64,000 nt of DNA from an uncultured delta proteobacterium. Lineage in GTDB: Bacteria; Myxococcota; Myxococcia; Myxococcales; Myxococcaceae. Each line of letters begins with the position of its first letter. Within the stretch, counting starts at the first letter, position 1. A program made the position numbers and the translations under genes. This document shows, one piece after another, positions 35,194-47,215 of the stretch. The stretch lies in contig CAVQKE010000003.1 of NCBI GenBank assembly GCA_963713045.1, forward strand, positions 1-64,000, read 5' to 3'. Below the pieces are notes generated by a model that had not been told where the DNA came from, ran no database searches, and worked only from the letters and a program-made list of their open reading frames with translations.

Positions 35194-35639
35194 AAAGGCC
35201 TCCTTTTGGTCCCAGTTCCGATCCGTCATGCGGTTCGAGTGAGGCCATTGCCTACTGTTGGTGATCGTCTACACTGTCCTGTGGTTGCTTTTTCGGCTGT
35301 GAAGTGGGGTTGCCGGAAACTGATATGCAGACGAGTTGTCGAATTCACCTTGACGGATAACGCCCTAGTCGCGGAAGCGCCCTCGGCGCGTCTGGGGACA
35401 CGCTCGGACAAAAGCGTGTTTTGCCACGTCCAATCTAGCTCCGCCTCCGCAACGCCCTCCACGCCTGCACAAGTTCCTGAATCCGACGACTGCACTACCA
35501 GCCGCCGGGGCGGTTAATCAAACTGTCTGGCGTCACGAACGAGCAAGCGGGACTGCTGATACACTGATGCAATGTTCGAGCAATTCGAGGCCGATTTGGA
35601 CGGTGGTCAGATGAGTGACTAGAGGCGAGGGAGGGCGAA

Positions 35640-36100
35640 ATGAGTTTGGTGAAAGCGGTGGCGGCGTGCATTCTGTCTGTGGCGACAATGGCGACGGCGC
35701 AAGAGAGCGGTATCCGCGTGCGCAGCATCCGAGTGCTGGCTACCGATCCGGAGGCGATCGCGACCTTCTACAAGAAAGCTTTTGGTATGTCCGAAACACG
35801 CGGCCGGCGAGCACGGCGACGTTCAAGGAGATCGTGATCAACTCCGGCTCCACGGCTGAAATCGCCAAGACGGCCACGACTACACCCATTGTCATCGCGA
35901 CCCGTCCCAAGGATGCGCCTGCTGGCGCGATGGCGTCGCTCATCCTCCAGGTGCCGGACCTCGACAGGGCGATCGAGTCGGTAAAGATCAACGGCGGTAC
36001 GCTACTGCGGCCGCCTGCCAAGTCAGGAGAGGGCCTCAACTTCGCTTTCGTCAAGGACCCGGATGGCAATCAGATCGAGTTGGTGATGACGCCGAAGTAA
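35640..36100 (+). CDS. Secreted VOC/glyoxalase-family protein (frameshifted)
   Basis: ATDPEAIATFYKKAFGM; LQVPDLDRAIESVKINGG...FAFVKDPDGNQIEL. Confidence 0.85.
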
Positions 36101-36165
36101 ATCCTGAGCGCGCCGGAGGCGGTCTTGGCGGACTGCCTCACGCTCCGCGCCTAAAATATAAGTTG

Positions 36166-36647
36166 ATGCTCAAGTGGCCCGACGTTCTGAATTTGGCGAA
36201 GAGTGGCAACCCCGCGCCGGATCGTAAGGTTGTCAAGACCGACGCGGAATGGCGCGAACAGTTGACCGAAGAGCAATACTACGTTACTCGCCAGGCGGGT
36301 ACGGAACGTGCGTTCAGTTCGGAGATGTGCAGCCTTTTTGAGCCGGGAATCTATTCTTGCCTCTGCTGCGAGACCGTCCTGTTTGACGCGTCAGAAAAAT
36401 TCGAGTCCGGCACCGGCTGGCCATCGTTCACGCATCCAATCAAAGAGAATGTCATTGCTTACCGTTTCGACGGGCCTTCGTTTTTGAAGCGGATCGAAGC
36501 TATCTGCAACACCTGTGATGGCCACCTGGGACACGTTTTCCCTGAGGCCCGGCCCCGAGTGGCCTACGTTATTGCATGAATGCCGTGGCGCTGCAAAAAA
36601 TGCCGCCAAGGTCTGAAACGGGCTGGCCGCCAGCCGCAAGCGCGTGA
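36166..36647 (+). CDS. msrB: Peptide-methionine (R)-S-oxide reductase (frameshift near the 3' end)
   Basis: EWREQLTEEQYYVTRQAGTERAF, KFESGTGWPSF, CDGHLGHVF, GLRYCMNAVAL. Confidence 0.95.
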
Positions 36648-36693
36648 GCCCCCCGCCGACCTCGGCGCACACACCCGGCCTGGTAATTATCCC

Positions 36694-36722
36694 TTGACAG
36701 TAGGTACGCATTCCGCTATTCT
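36694..36722 (+). promoter_or_regulatory. Sigma70-type promoter for the IS1595 transposase, with its -35 inside the left IR
   Basis: TTGACA-17 bp-TATTCT. Confidence 0.65.
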
Positions 36723-36730
36723 ATATACGG

Positions 36731-37666
36731 ATGGTAGGTATGGACAAGCAAACAAAGCCAAAGATGGGCCGGTTCACGTTCAAAGACTTTGAGCAGATGT
36801 TTCCCGACGACGCGAGTTGCTTGGAATGGCTTCGCGGTTACCTGTATCCCGATGGCATCTACTGCAAACTTTGCAAGACGGTCACGAAGCATCACCGTGT
36901 GGCGAGTCGTCCGTCCTATTCCTGCGATCACTGTGGTCATCACGTTCATCCAACAGCCGGAACAATCTTTCACAAGTCGCCTACTTCGCTCAAGACGTGG
37001 TTCCACGCGGTCTACCTCATGGCTTCCACTCGTTGCGGCATTTCGGCAAAGCAGATTGAACGGGAAACCGGCGTGACCTACAAAACCGCGTGGCGCATGT
37101 TCAATAAAATTAGAACCCTGCTGCAAGACGATTCTGGGCCGCTCAGCGGCGCAGTCGAAATGGATGAGAGTTATTTCGGCGGAAGGCGCAAAGGCGGCAC
37201 TGGCAGGCCGATGCGCGGCGACAAGACTAAGACTCCGATCCTCGGCATGGTTGAACGCAACGGTCGCGTGAAGGCTTTCACCATCGAAAATGTCACTGGT
37301 AACGTTTTGCTCTCTCACACCCGCGAACACATCCTCCCAGAGTCCACGGTATACACGGATGAATTGGCGAGCTATGAAGGAATCGGAGCCATCCAGCGCA
37401 AAGACGGTAGCGGGAATGCTGGCTATCGACATCACCGGATCAAGCACAGCGCGAGGGTCTATGTCATCGGCGATATCCACACGAACTCGGTTGAGGGGTT
37501 CTGGTCGCTCATCAAGCGCGGCATCGGTGGTGTATATCATCAGGTGAGCCAAAAGTTTCTACAGAATTACTTGGACGAGTATTCTTTTCGCTACAATCAT
37601 CGATTCGACATTGAGCCGATGTTTTTCACTTTTCTTCGCCAGATCGCGAAGACGGAATCCGGCTAG
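36731..37666 (+). CDS. IS1595-family (ISXO2-like) transposase (311 aa)
   Basis: Zn ribbon CKLC...CDHC, TAGTIFHKS, GISAKQIERETGVTYKTAWRM, VEMDESYFGG, VYTDE, HTNSVEGFWSLIKR, YLDEYSFRYN. Confidence 0.95.
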   Translation: MVGMDKQTKPKMGRFTFKDFEQMFPDDASCLEWLRGYLYPDGIYCKLCKTVTKHHRVASRPSYSCDHCGHHVHPTAGTIFHKSPTSLKTWFHAVYLMASTRCGISAKQIERETGVTYKTAWRMFNKIRTLLQDDSGPLSGAVEMDESYFGGRRKGGTGRPMRGDKTKTPILGMVERNGRVKAFTIENVTGNVLLSHTREHILPESTVYTDELASYEGIGAIQRKDGSGNAGYRHHRIKHSARVYVIGDIHTNSVEGFWSLIKRGIGGVYHQVSQKFLQNYLDEYSFRYNHRFDIEPMFFTFLRQIAKTESG

Positions 37667-38708
37667 ACGCTTTCTTAAGGGCGTTCTCGAAATCCTTCTT
37701 GGTGAAATCTTGTTGTGCCTGCTCTCGCATGGATAACGGAGTAGTTGGGGCATTCAAAGGTTTCTGCGGTATCGTCTCTCGTTGTTTTTTCATACCTTCA
37801 TCTTTGCGCATGAACTCAACAATGTCATCAATCGGGATCACTACGGCTATACCAGAATTAAGAGAAACTGTACCGGCGAGTTTGTTTCTAGCTTTAGTAC
37901 GCACGTCTGAATCAATCGTCCAGTGAGCGGATATCATGCCTATCAGCGACGTACGCGCTCGCGCGTCGTGTATGAACTGTCTTGGTATCAACTCCGGCGG
38001 TGAGGCACCCTCCTGGAGATGCTCTATGATTCCGACGATGTCCCCCGTAGTAACCGCCGTCTCCGTTTCTACCCACCCGAATGCTGGAGCACCGCTCTCT
38101 CCGCCGTAGGAGATGGATTCTATTAAGATTGCGTTCACTGGTACAGGCTTAGGCCCATTGCCTAGATGAACCAGAGCTTCCGTCATCGGCAGGGCGATCC
38201 TCCCAAAACGTACGATCGGCTCTAGGCTTTCGTTCTTACCGTAAGGAGATTTTGCAAAGAGACCGACGATAAATACTTCTTCGCCGCTGAACGTGTTGCG
38301 GCGGGGGATCGCGCGATCTCTTTCTCTAAACTCATATGCTCCAATGTGTAAATCAGTGCCGTGGACTAACGGCTCCCCGGATTTCATGAGACGGCACGCC
38401 ACATCGGTTTTGTCACTGCGAAGCCATTCCGACGGGTCAGTTTCAATCTTCCTGGGAGTCCCGTTCGCCTTCGCCTGAAACTCAATGAGGATAGGCGCTT
38501 CCAAACCTTCGATACAGTGGCGGGCAGTGATGGCGTAGGTTAGAGTGCACTTAGGACCCCATTGATACTCGCCAAAAAATACGGTGCCAATCGGCCTATC
38601 AGATTCTGACGGCGATGAAATATACCCCACTCCTCGACGCCGCTGATCGCTGACTAGCAGTCTCACGTAGTTGGTTTCCGGGAGTCCAGACTGACCGTAT
38701 GCTATCAT
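37626..38708 (-). CDS. Trypsin-like serine protease domain protein (IS1595 passenger)
   Basis: GTVFF, ITARHCI (His), TDVA (Asp), GEEVFIVGLF, PIVRFGRIA, SYGGESGAPAF (Ser), LNSGIAVVIP; the start codon is uncertain. Confidence 0.75.
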   Translation of the reverse strand: MIAYGQSGLPETNYVRLLVSDQRRRGVGYISSPSESDRPIGTVFFGEYQWGPKCTLTYAITARHCIEGLEAPILIEFQAKANGTPRKIETDPSEWLRSDKTDVACRLMKSGEPLVHGTDLHIGAYEFRERDRAIPRRNTFSGEEVFIVGLFAKSPYGKNESLEPIVRFGRIALPMTEALVHLGNGPKPVPVNAILIESISYGGESGAPAFGWVETETAVTTGDIVGIIEHLQEGASPPELIPRQFIHDARARTSLIGMISAHWTIDSDVRTKARNKLAGTVSLNSGIAVVIPIDDIVEFMRKDEGMKKQRETIPQKPLNAPTTPLSMREQAQQDFTKKDFENALKKASSRIPSSRSGEEK

Positions 38709-38779
38709 CGGTTATTACCTACTGTCAAGGGATAATTACCCCCGGCCTTGGGATTCGCCTTTCATTCTCCTATACTAGA

Positions 38780-39080
38780 TTCGCGCGATCCCATTCCTGC
38801 CTCGTCTCTTTCACCGATTCGGAAGGCATTGAGCACTCCGTTCCGATTCCGCCGAGAGTCTCATACGAAGCCGCAGTGGAAGCCATCGCCGCATTCCGCC
38901 GCAGCGTTCTCGTGGAGATGCCCCTCGGGCCCGCCACGCGATTGACGATCCGCGTGAAGGCGCCGGAGGAAGAACACACGGTCACGATCGCGAAGCTGCT
39001 CTCCTGGCTAGATGGCGTTCGCAACGAGCCCAACGAGAAGCTGAAAGAAGAGTCGATTGAAGGAGCGGTTGAGGATGTGA
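38780..39080 (+). CDS. Small conserved hypothetical protein (frameshifted)
   Basis: SCLVSFTDSEGIEHSV...YEAAVEAIAAFRR...LGPATRLTIRVKAPEEEHTVTIAKLLSWLDG; paralog fragment at 17350. Confidence 0.65.
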
Positions 39081-39236
39081 CGGGTTCTTGGTTCACGAGG
39101 TGGGGCGGAGCACGAACCAGATCCATGGATGAACCCGGCCCCCTGGTAGAGAGGAACCGGGTTCGATGGAGGTGCTTGATTAAACACCGTTCGTGCTCGT
39201 CAGATGCTTTATCAGGATGGTCGGCGTTAGATTTTA

Positions 39237-39459
39237 TTACGATTGCGACCGTCGTTGGGCCACGATGTCCCGTGCGGTTTCTTTACCCCACGCCAGTCTA
39301 AAGACCATCTCATCGTTGCATAGGATTGGACCAATATGAAGAAGACGTCCTCCAGCTAATGCGATATCGGGTTCACCCACTCCCGATCTTAGTTCTGACC
39401 ACATCCAGAGCTTCCGCGTAGAGTCGTTCGTACTCCTCAAGCGTCATACTTTCATCCAT
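39237..39459 (-). CDS. Small hypothetical protein (~73 aa, one indel)
   Basis: MDESMTLEEYERLYAEALDVVRTKIG...LHIGPILCNDEMVFRLAWGKETARDIVAQRRSQS; supported by the paralog at ~14.6 kb. Confidence 0.6.
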
Positions 39460-39500
39460 CGCCTAACAGCGTCGATGCTCGAAAGCTGTTAAAGGACTAT

Positions 39501-39698
39501 CTAAGGGGAAACTTGATTTAGGAAGGTTGCCGATGTAGCCTGTTCGCGATGGAGTGGATTTCGTCCGGCTTGTAGTTCCTTCGCGCAGGACAGGGACACT
39601 GGAACGTCATCGATGTGAAGGCGTGTGTCAGTCCCGCAATAGAAGCACTTCTTGAGCGGTACCCCGCGTTTGTCGTGCGTCATTCGTTTGTAGTTCAT
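39501..39698 (-). CDS. Small CxxC (Zn-ribbon-like) protein (65 aa)
   Basis: KKCFYCGTDTRLHIDDVPVSLSCAKELQAG; paralog at ~14.8 kb. Confidence 0.6.
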   Translation of the reverse strand: MNYKRMTHDKRGVPLKKCFYCGTDTRLHIDDVPVSLSCAKELQAGRNPLHREQATSATFLNQVSP

Positions 39699-39976
39699 AG
39701 TGGCTTCCGTAGTTGTGGAACGCGGTTGTGATGCCTACGAGGCGGGCGGGATGTATTGTTTTCTGGAGATGTTCTACAACCTGCTGCTGGATTCCCGCGT
39801 AGCTCAGCACGACTTCCGGTTCCGAAATCTGTTCTTCAAAAACTTTTTGGACGCGGAGCACGCCGGCTAGTGACTGCTGCGTCGGCGTTCGAAGGCAACG
39901 GCCTCGCGCTCGCAGTATTCCCGTTGATGTGTCGGGCGAAACCGCTTGCGTGGGCTCGTGTAGTTCCGGTGCGCCG

Positions 39977-40045
39977 GAGCCGCGTAGAGTTTCGGGGGAG
40001 GTTGACTGCGTCCCTCGTTTTTGAGCCTCCGCGCGGCTCCTGGTG
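39977..40045. repeat. ~70-bp dispersed repeat, second copy at ~17496-17570
   Basis: gagccgcgtagagtttcgggggaggttgactgcgtccctcgtttttgagcctccgcgcggctcctg; the mirror-arm copy at ~2343-2398 agrees closely. Confidence 0.75.
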
Positions 40046-40210
40046 TCATGGATGTTGTGAGCGTACGCGCGGTTGCGACGGCATATTGCCTTTGCTCTCC
40101 GGAAGAACACGGTTGCTCAGGCCGGCCTTGGGAAGCCGCTATTTTCGCAGCCTATAGAACCAGAGTCTTGAGCGCTCAGCGAAAAAGATGCGCGCAGATT
40201 GAATGTCTGA

Positions 40211-41311
<1,101 letters not shown>

Positions 41312-42109
41312 CCGCAGCTTCTCGTAGTCGAGGTTATGGCTCGACGGCGAATTTGATCGATCGCCAATCATCGACTGTCCCTCGCCGCCCTCCAGCGCAG
41401 TCGCTGTCACCAGACACACTAGCGCACAAGACTGAGTCATTCTGTCTCATTAATTCTCCACCGGCAGCCTCGTCCAATCCAGAACTTGCCGACCTCCCGC
41501 ACAGCTTACGAAGCTTCGTTGGTCGAGTCAGCTATTATCTGGATGCCGCGGCCTGGGCCGCACTGGGAGATCGGGTGCGTGCAGCTATGCTCCTCCGTGA
41601 ACGGCCTGCCTTTTCCCTTGCATGGTCGCGCTCCTTGTTCGTTGCGTGTTGCCGGCACATGGGCGCCGCTACCGACACGAAGGTTGGTCGCGATCGAGAA
41701 ATTGAGCATTCTTTCGTTTGCCAATAAAAGCTGCGGTGGCCAGATCGAGTACTCGGTTCCTTTTCGCGGCGGACTTCGGTGTCTCCCGAGTGCAACTCTC
41801 CTTGACCGGTTTCACCCAACCCCCGAAGCGGGTAGCGATAGACAGCAAGCCTAGGCCGTCCGCGGCCCTAGTCGCATCAGAAATCCTTCGCTGAGAGAGC
41901 GATCTCCGGTAACCCCCCGCTGATACACCTTCTTCTGGCCCTTACGTCTAATTCAACGATCACAGTCAGAAGTATCAGGTTACCTCGACACCTCCGCGCG
42001 GCGATCCGTGCGAGCCCTCGCGCACCCGAACCGCGCGAGTCTTAGCGGTAGTCTTCATCGGGCGCGGGAGCACGCGCAATTAGCAGTTACAATCCGGCAA
42101 AAAACCAAT

Positions 42110-44815
42110 ATGATTCTTATCCCCAAACAATCCTCATGCCATTCGCCATGTTCCGCAACGAACGCGCTTTCGCACATTGTCCTGGCGGCCATTACCCTCT
42201 CCGGGCTCATCTTGACCGCCGCTTCAAAGCCGACCGAAGTCACGTCGAAAGCCACACTGGACAACGGTCTTCGCGTGGTCGTCGTACGAAGCCCCTTGGC
42301 CCCTGTAGTGAGTACGGTTATGAACTACCAAGTTGGATCGAATGAAGCGCCAGAAGGCTTCCCGGGCATGGCGCACGCTCTCGAGCATATGATGTTCCGC
42401 GGCAGTTCGAGCCTGTCCGCGGATCAATTGGCCAACATCGCCGCCGCAATGGGCGGCGACTTCAATGCCGAGACACAGCAGTCCGTTACGCAATTTGTTT
42501 TCACCGTACCGAAGCAGGATTTGGACTTGGTGCTCCATATCGAATCCTTGCGAATGCGCGATGTACTCGCCACGGACGCCCTTTGGGATCGTGAGCGAGG
42601 CGCCATTAAGCAGGAGGTGGCTGGCGATCTGTCAAATCCTGAGTACGTTTTGAATAAACAGCTTCTATCCATCATGTTTCGCGGAACTCCTTACGAGCAT
42701 GATGCCTTGGGCACCCAGACTTCTTTCGATGCAACGACGGGAGCCATGCTCAAGAGATTTCACGAGAGATGGTACGCGCCGAACAACGCGATCCTCGTAA
42801 TTGCCGGTGATGTCGATCCCGTCGCGACGATCGCTGAGGTGAAAAATCTGTTCGGCGCGATTCCTGCTAAGACCCTCCCGTCGCGCGCCGAGGTCAAACT
42901 GCAACCGGTAAAGCCCGGGACTCTTCGCCTCACTACGGATTCATCCTCTGGACTGCTAGTCTTTGCGTTTCGCTGGCCAGGTTTCCAAGGTCCCGACTTC
43001 GCTGCGGCACAAGTTTTGGCCGACATACTCGACAGCCCGCGCGGCAGCCTCCACGAACTCGTAGCGCAAGGCGCCGCCTTGGGTGCGCGTTTCTCTTTCG
43101 ACTGCCTTCCGCGAGCAAGCATTGGCTACGCGCTGGCTGCATTTCCAGCCGGCGATGACGGAACGGTGCTCCTCAAGCAGGTCCGGGGCCTCCTTCACGA
43201 GATCGCGCAGAACGGCGTCCCAGCGGACTTGGTGAAAGCTGCAAAGCGGCGCGAAGTAGCCAGCGAAGAGTTCCAAAAGAATTCCGTATCCGATCTAGCA
43301 AGGCTTTGGTCTCAAGCGTTGGCGGTGGAAGGGCGAGAGTCTCCGGACGAGGACACCGATGCCATCCAGAGGGTCACTCCCAATGACGTACGCGCCCTGG
43401 CACACCGCCTTCTCAACCAAAAGCAATCCATCTCCGCCATTCTGACACCGCAATCATCGGGGACGCCGACCTCGTCGGCCTCATTCAATCGAGCTGAATC
43501 GTTTGTTGCCACGGAGGACGCTCGCGTAACGCTTCCGGCATGGGCTGGAAAATTAAATCAGCTCTCGATTCCTGCGTCCAGCGTGCATCCGGAAGTCACA
43601 ACGCTATCGAACGGATTGAAGCTGATTGTGCAACCGGAGACTGTCAGCGGCACGGTAAGCGTTTTCGGCCATATCCAAAATAATTCAGGATTGGAAAGCT
43701 CCAGCGGAAAAGAAGGTGTCAACCAGGTGCTGGATGAGATGCTCTCATGTGGCACTGAATCTTTGAACCGAGTCGCCTTTCAAAAGGCGCTGGACAAAAT
43801 CGGCGCCGACGAGACTGCCGGGACGGATTTTTCACTCGAAGTACTGGCCGACGACTTCGATCATGGTGTCGCGCTTCTTGCCGACAATGAATTGCATCCG
43901 GCTCTGCATGCGAGCGCGTTCAAAATCATCCGGCGCCAGATTGCCGAAAGCGCAAAGGGTGAAGTTGCCAGTCCGGCCTACCTTTCACAACACGCCCTGA
44001 AATCGGCGCTCCTGCCAAAGAACGATCCCGATTTGAAGCACGCTACTTTCGAAAGCATTTCCTCCCTTTCGATTGGGGATGTCCGCAATTACTACCAGCG
44101 CGTGTTTCGGCCCGACCTAACTACGATCGTCGTTATCGGCAACGTCACTCCGGAAAGAGCACATACGGTGATCGAGCATTACTTCGGAGCCTGGAAGGCT
44201 CATGGACCAAAACCAAATACGATTCTGCCATCGGTGCCGGCCAACAAGGCATCGAATTTGCATGTGCCAAACGCAAGCAAGGTACAAGCCGAAGTCACTC
44301 TCGCGGAAACGGTGCCAGTGACCAGGTCCAATCCGGACTACTACGCCCTGAATCTCGGCAGCTACGTTTTGGATGGCGGCTTCTACGCCAGCCGGCTGTC
44401 TCGCGACCTCCGCGAGAACACAGGATTGGTTTATTCTGTTTCCTCGGCGCTCGAAGCAAGCTCAACTAGGACCGTGTACACCATCAGTTATGGTTGTGAT
44501 CCTCACAACGTCTCGAGAGCGCGAGCGATTGTCCAGCGCGATTTGAAGCAGATGCAGACGACTAGAATACCGGAAGATACGCTGAACCAGGCCAAGGCCT
44601 TGCTGCTCCAACAGATCCCCCTCTCAGAGTCAAGTGTGCATAGCATCGCGGATGGTTTGATCTCGCGCACGGCGAACGAACTTCCGTTGATCGAACCGTC
44701 CGAGGCGGCACGTGAATACCTTCGGCTCACACCGCTGCAGGTTCAATCTGCATTTGCCAAGTGGATTCGTCCCGAAGACTTAGTCCAAGTAACCGAGGGC
44801 CCAAGTGCAAAATAG
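42110..44815 (+). CDS. M16 family zinc peptidase (pitrilysin/PqqL-like), two-lobed
   Basis: LDNGLRVVVV, inverted zinc motif GMAHALEHMMFRGS (HxxEH), ERGAIKQE, WYAPNNAILVIAGD, second lobe LSNGLKLIV and SRLSRDLRENTGLVYSV. Confidence 0.92.
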   Translation: MILIPKQSSCHSPCSATNALSHIVLAAITLSGLILTAASKPTEVTSKATLDNGLRVVVVRSPLAPVVSTVMNYQVGSNEAPEGFPGMAHALEHMMFRGSSSLSADQLANIAAAMGGDFNAETQQSVTQFVFTVPKQDLDLVLHIESLRMRDVLATDALWDRERGAIKQEVAGDLSNPEYVLNKQLLSIMFRGTPYEHDALGTQTSFDATTGAMLKRFHERWYAPNNAILVIAGDVDPVATIAEVKNLFGAIPAKTLPSRAEVKLQPVKPGTLRLTTDSSSGLLVFAFRWPGFQGPDFAAAQVLADILDSPRGSLHELVAQGAALGARFSFDCLPRASIGYALAAFPAGDDGTVLLKQVRGLLHEIAQNGVPADLVKAAKRREVASEEFQKNSVSDLARLWSQALAVEGRESPDEDTDAIQRVTPNDVRALAHRLLNQKQSISAILTPQSSGTPTSSASFNRAESFVATEDARVTLPAWAGKLNQLSIPASSVHPEVTTLSNGLKLIVQPETVSGTVSVFGHIQNNSGLESSSGKEGVNQVLDEMLSCGTESLNRVAFQKALDKIGADETAGTDFSLEVLADDFDHGVALLADNELHPALHASAFKIIRRQIAESAKGEVASPAYLSQHALKSALLPKNDPDLKHATFESISSLSIGDVRNYYQRVFRPDLTTIVVIGNVTPERAHTVIEHYFGAWKAHGPKPNTILPSVPANKASNLHVPNASKVQAEVTLAETVPVTRSNPDYYALNLGSYVLDGGFYASRLSRDLRENTGLVYSVSSALEASSTRTVYTISYGCDPHNVSRARAIVQRDLKQMQTTRIPEDTLNQAKALLLQQIPLSESSVHSIADGLISRTANELPLIEPSEAAREYLRLTPLQVQSAFAKWIRPEDLVQVTEGPSAK

Positions 44816-45221
44816 ATCGCATCCCAACCAGATATAAGTCTCATATTAAACCTAAGCCCGCGATTCGCTCCGAGTGTGGATACTACGGTTCAGTAGTTTG
44901 TCTTCTCAAGCGACGTCATCTCCTCCCGCATCGTATGCCTGCCGAGCATTTTCGGCCCAGCTCACCCCACCGCGAAAAGGCGCCAAGGAAGTCCTCCAGG
45001 GCTGCGAGCGTGGAACGAAAACGCACCCAAATGATGATGATCACACGCGCGGTTGATCTGTTTACCTGATTCATACTCACTTTGCGAAGTTACTTTTTAT
45101 AACCACGCTCGCGATAGCAGCGGGCGAGAAATGACACTGGGCTAAGGGAATCAGGGCGGCTGGCGTAGTTTTAAAAGGAATCGCGGCGTAGAAATGCGAA
45201 TCGACATTCCACGGAAGCGTC

Positions 45222-46915
45222 ATGTCCTGGCTCGCGACATCTCTGCAAAACCACCCCGAGATTGCTCTATTTCTAGTGCTTGGGTTGGGCCATGGCGTTG
45301 CCCGACTTCGTATTGGGTCTTTCAAGCTGAATGCTGTCGTTTGTGTGCTTCTGGCTGGCGTGGCCTTGGCCAACTCGGCATTAAGCCGCCGCCGGCGCGT
45401 GCAGTGGTCTTTCTTTGTTCTGTTCCTCTTCGCAATAGGGTACAAGACCGGCCCACAGTTTTTCGAGGGACTAGGGCGCAGCGCGCTCCCACAGGTCGGG
45501 CTTTCTGTGTTCTTTTGCGCCGTTAGCCTCGTAAGCGCATATTTTCTTTCTAGGTTCTTCGGTTTCAACGCGGGAGGCGCAGCGGCCTCATTGCCGGCGG
45601 CCTCGGAGCTTCACCCGCGATGGGCACCGCCGACGATGCGATTGCAAAACTGAATGTCTCAGAAGCAGTCCGGCAGCAACTTGCTGCGAGCTCAGCCGTC
45701 GCCTTTGCCGTAACCTACCTCGTCGGCCTGATCACGACATCGTTACCCTGTCTAAAATTGACCCGTGGTTGATGCGCGTCGATTTGAAATCCGCCTGCCG
45801 CAAGCTGGAGGGTGAACTTGGGATGGAAAAGAAGGAGCCTGGCGTGTTTTCCGCTTACCAGCATTTCGTTGCCCGATCGTATTCGATACCCGAATCCTTT
45901 AACGGCAAGACCGCGGCGGCACTCGAACAAGCGTTCTCGCCAGGACGGGTATTCGTTGAACGGGTTGCCAATTCGCATGGTCCAACCGATGCCGGTCCGG
46001 AAACGGTACTGCACCGGGGCGACAAGGTGGCGATTACCGGGCGTAACGAAATACTCGCCTCTGCCGAGAATCCGCTCCTCATGTATGAAATCGACAACCC
46101 CGATCTTCTGGACATCCCTATCGTGACAGTCGACCACGTGCTGACGCGGCGCGATTTCGGCCACCGAACCCTGGCGCAAGTGGCCGAGACCTTAGAAAGT
46201 GAGGCGCCCACTCGCGGTGTCTTCGTAAGGAAGATTTCGCGTGGGGGAGCAAAAACTTCCTATCGGCGCTGGGCTGATTCTGGAACGAGGCGATACATTG
46301 CGAATTGGTTGGAGCCAAAAGACATGTCGAGCGCGTAGCGGCACGGTTAGGATCGACAGCGTGGCCATCGACTGCCACCGACATGGCTGTGCTCGGGCTT
46401 AGCGATCGCGATCGGCGGCTTGATCGGCTTACCTGCGCTTCGTTTTGCCGGCGTCGATATTGGACTAAGCGCGCCCGTCGGAGTACTGATCGGCGCACTC
46501 GTGGTGGGTTGGTTGCATGCGCGGCGGCCGAATCTTCGGCCGGGTGCCCGACGCTGCGTTGTCTCTGCTGAGTTCGCTTGGGCTCTGCGGCTTTCTGGCG
46601 CTGGTCGGGATCGCAGCGGGGCCGATGTTTGTCGTTGGTTTGCGAACGGCCGGGATTCCGCTGCTTGTCGCAGGCGTCTTGGTCTGCGCGATCCCGAACA
46701 TTGTTACGCCCCTAGTAGGCAGATATTTGTTCGGGATGCATCCTGGGATTGCGCTGGGAATTTGCGCCGGCGCCGGAACCTCACAATCCGGCCTCGCGGC
46801 GGTCCAGGAGGCTTCCGAAAGTGAGGTTGCCACACTCGGCTACGGCGTAAGCTATGCCATCGGCAACATACTCTTGGCACTATCGGGGACACTCATTGTC
46901 GCACTAATGACTTGA
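45222..46915 (+). CDS. AspT/YidE/YbjL-family antiporter (aspartate-alanine antiporter-like); several frameshifts
   Basis: HPEIALFLVLGLG, FFVLFLFAIGYKTGPQFF, central TrkA-C-like region, GICAGAGTS...AAVQEASESEVATLGYGVSYAIGNILL. Confidence 0.85.
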
Positions 46916-47062
46916 TCCCTTGGACCTCTCTACAACGCCGACCCGAGAGTGACGGAGAACGTCGGGAGGGACCGACCGCACCGCATAGCCGTCAACTGCC
47001 GAGTTGGCAATAGTCACCCCTTCTGGTTTCCTTCGCAGCTAATAAATCGATGATGGCAGCAT

Positions 47063-47215
47063 CTGCACCGGCTTTCACGCGACGCGTACGCCGGGATTTT
47101 CCTGGGGCGGATCAAGATGTGGAACGACCCCACTTGCCGCCAGGAAGCCACACCACCACCAGGCAAGAGCAACAAGCCAGAGCCGGTCGCTGATGACGAA
47201 GAACCGCCGTTTTGA
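47063..47215 (+). pseudogene. Chimeric relic: PstS fragment in frame with an SSB-like acidic tail
   Basis: LHRLSRDAYAGIFLGRIKMWNDP followed by TCRQEATPPPGKSNKPEPVADDEEPPF*. Confidence 0.5.

Larger units (their letters stand above)
36682..38740 (+). mobile_element. IS1595-family element (2059 bp) with a passenger gene; 25-bp perfect IRs and 8-bp target duplication
   Basis: ggtaattatcccttgacagtaggta (36682-36706) and tacctactgtcaagggataattacc (38716-38740); CCCGGCCT at 36674-36681 and 38741-38748. Confidence 0.95.

Noticed and set aside
38752..38775. TTCGC-N6-TTCTC as an SOS/LexA-type box upstream of the small hypothetical gene
   Set aside because: A single degenerate instance that does not match the GTTC-N7-GTTC box; not supportable here.
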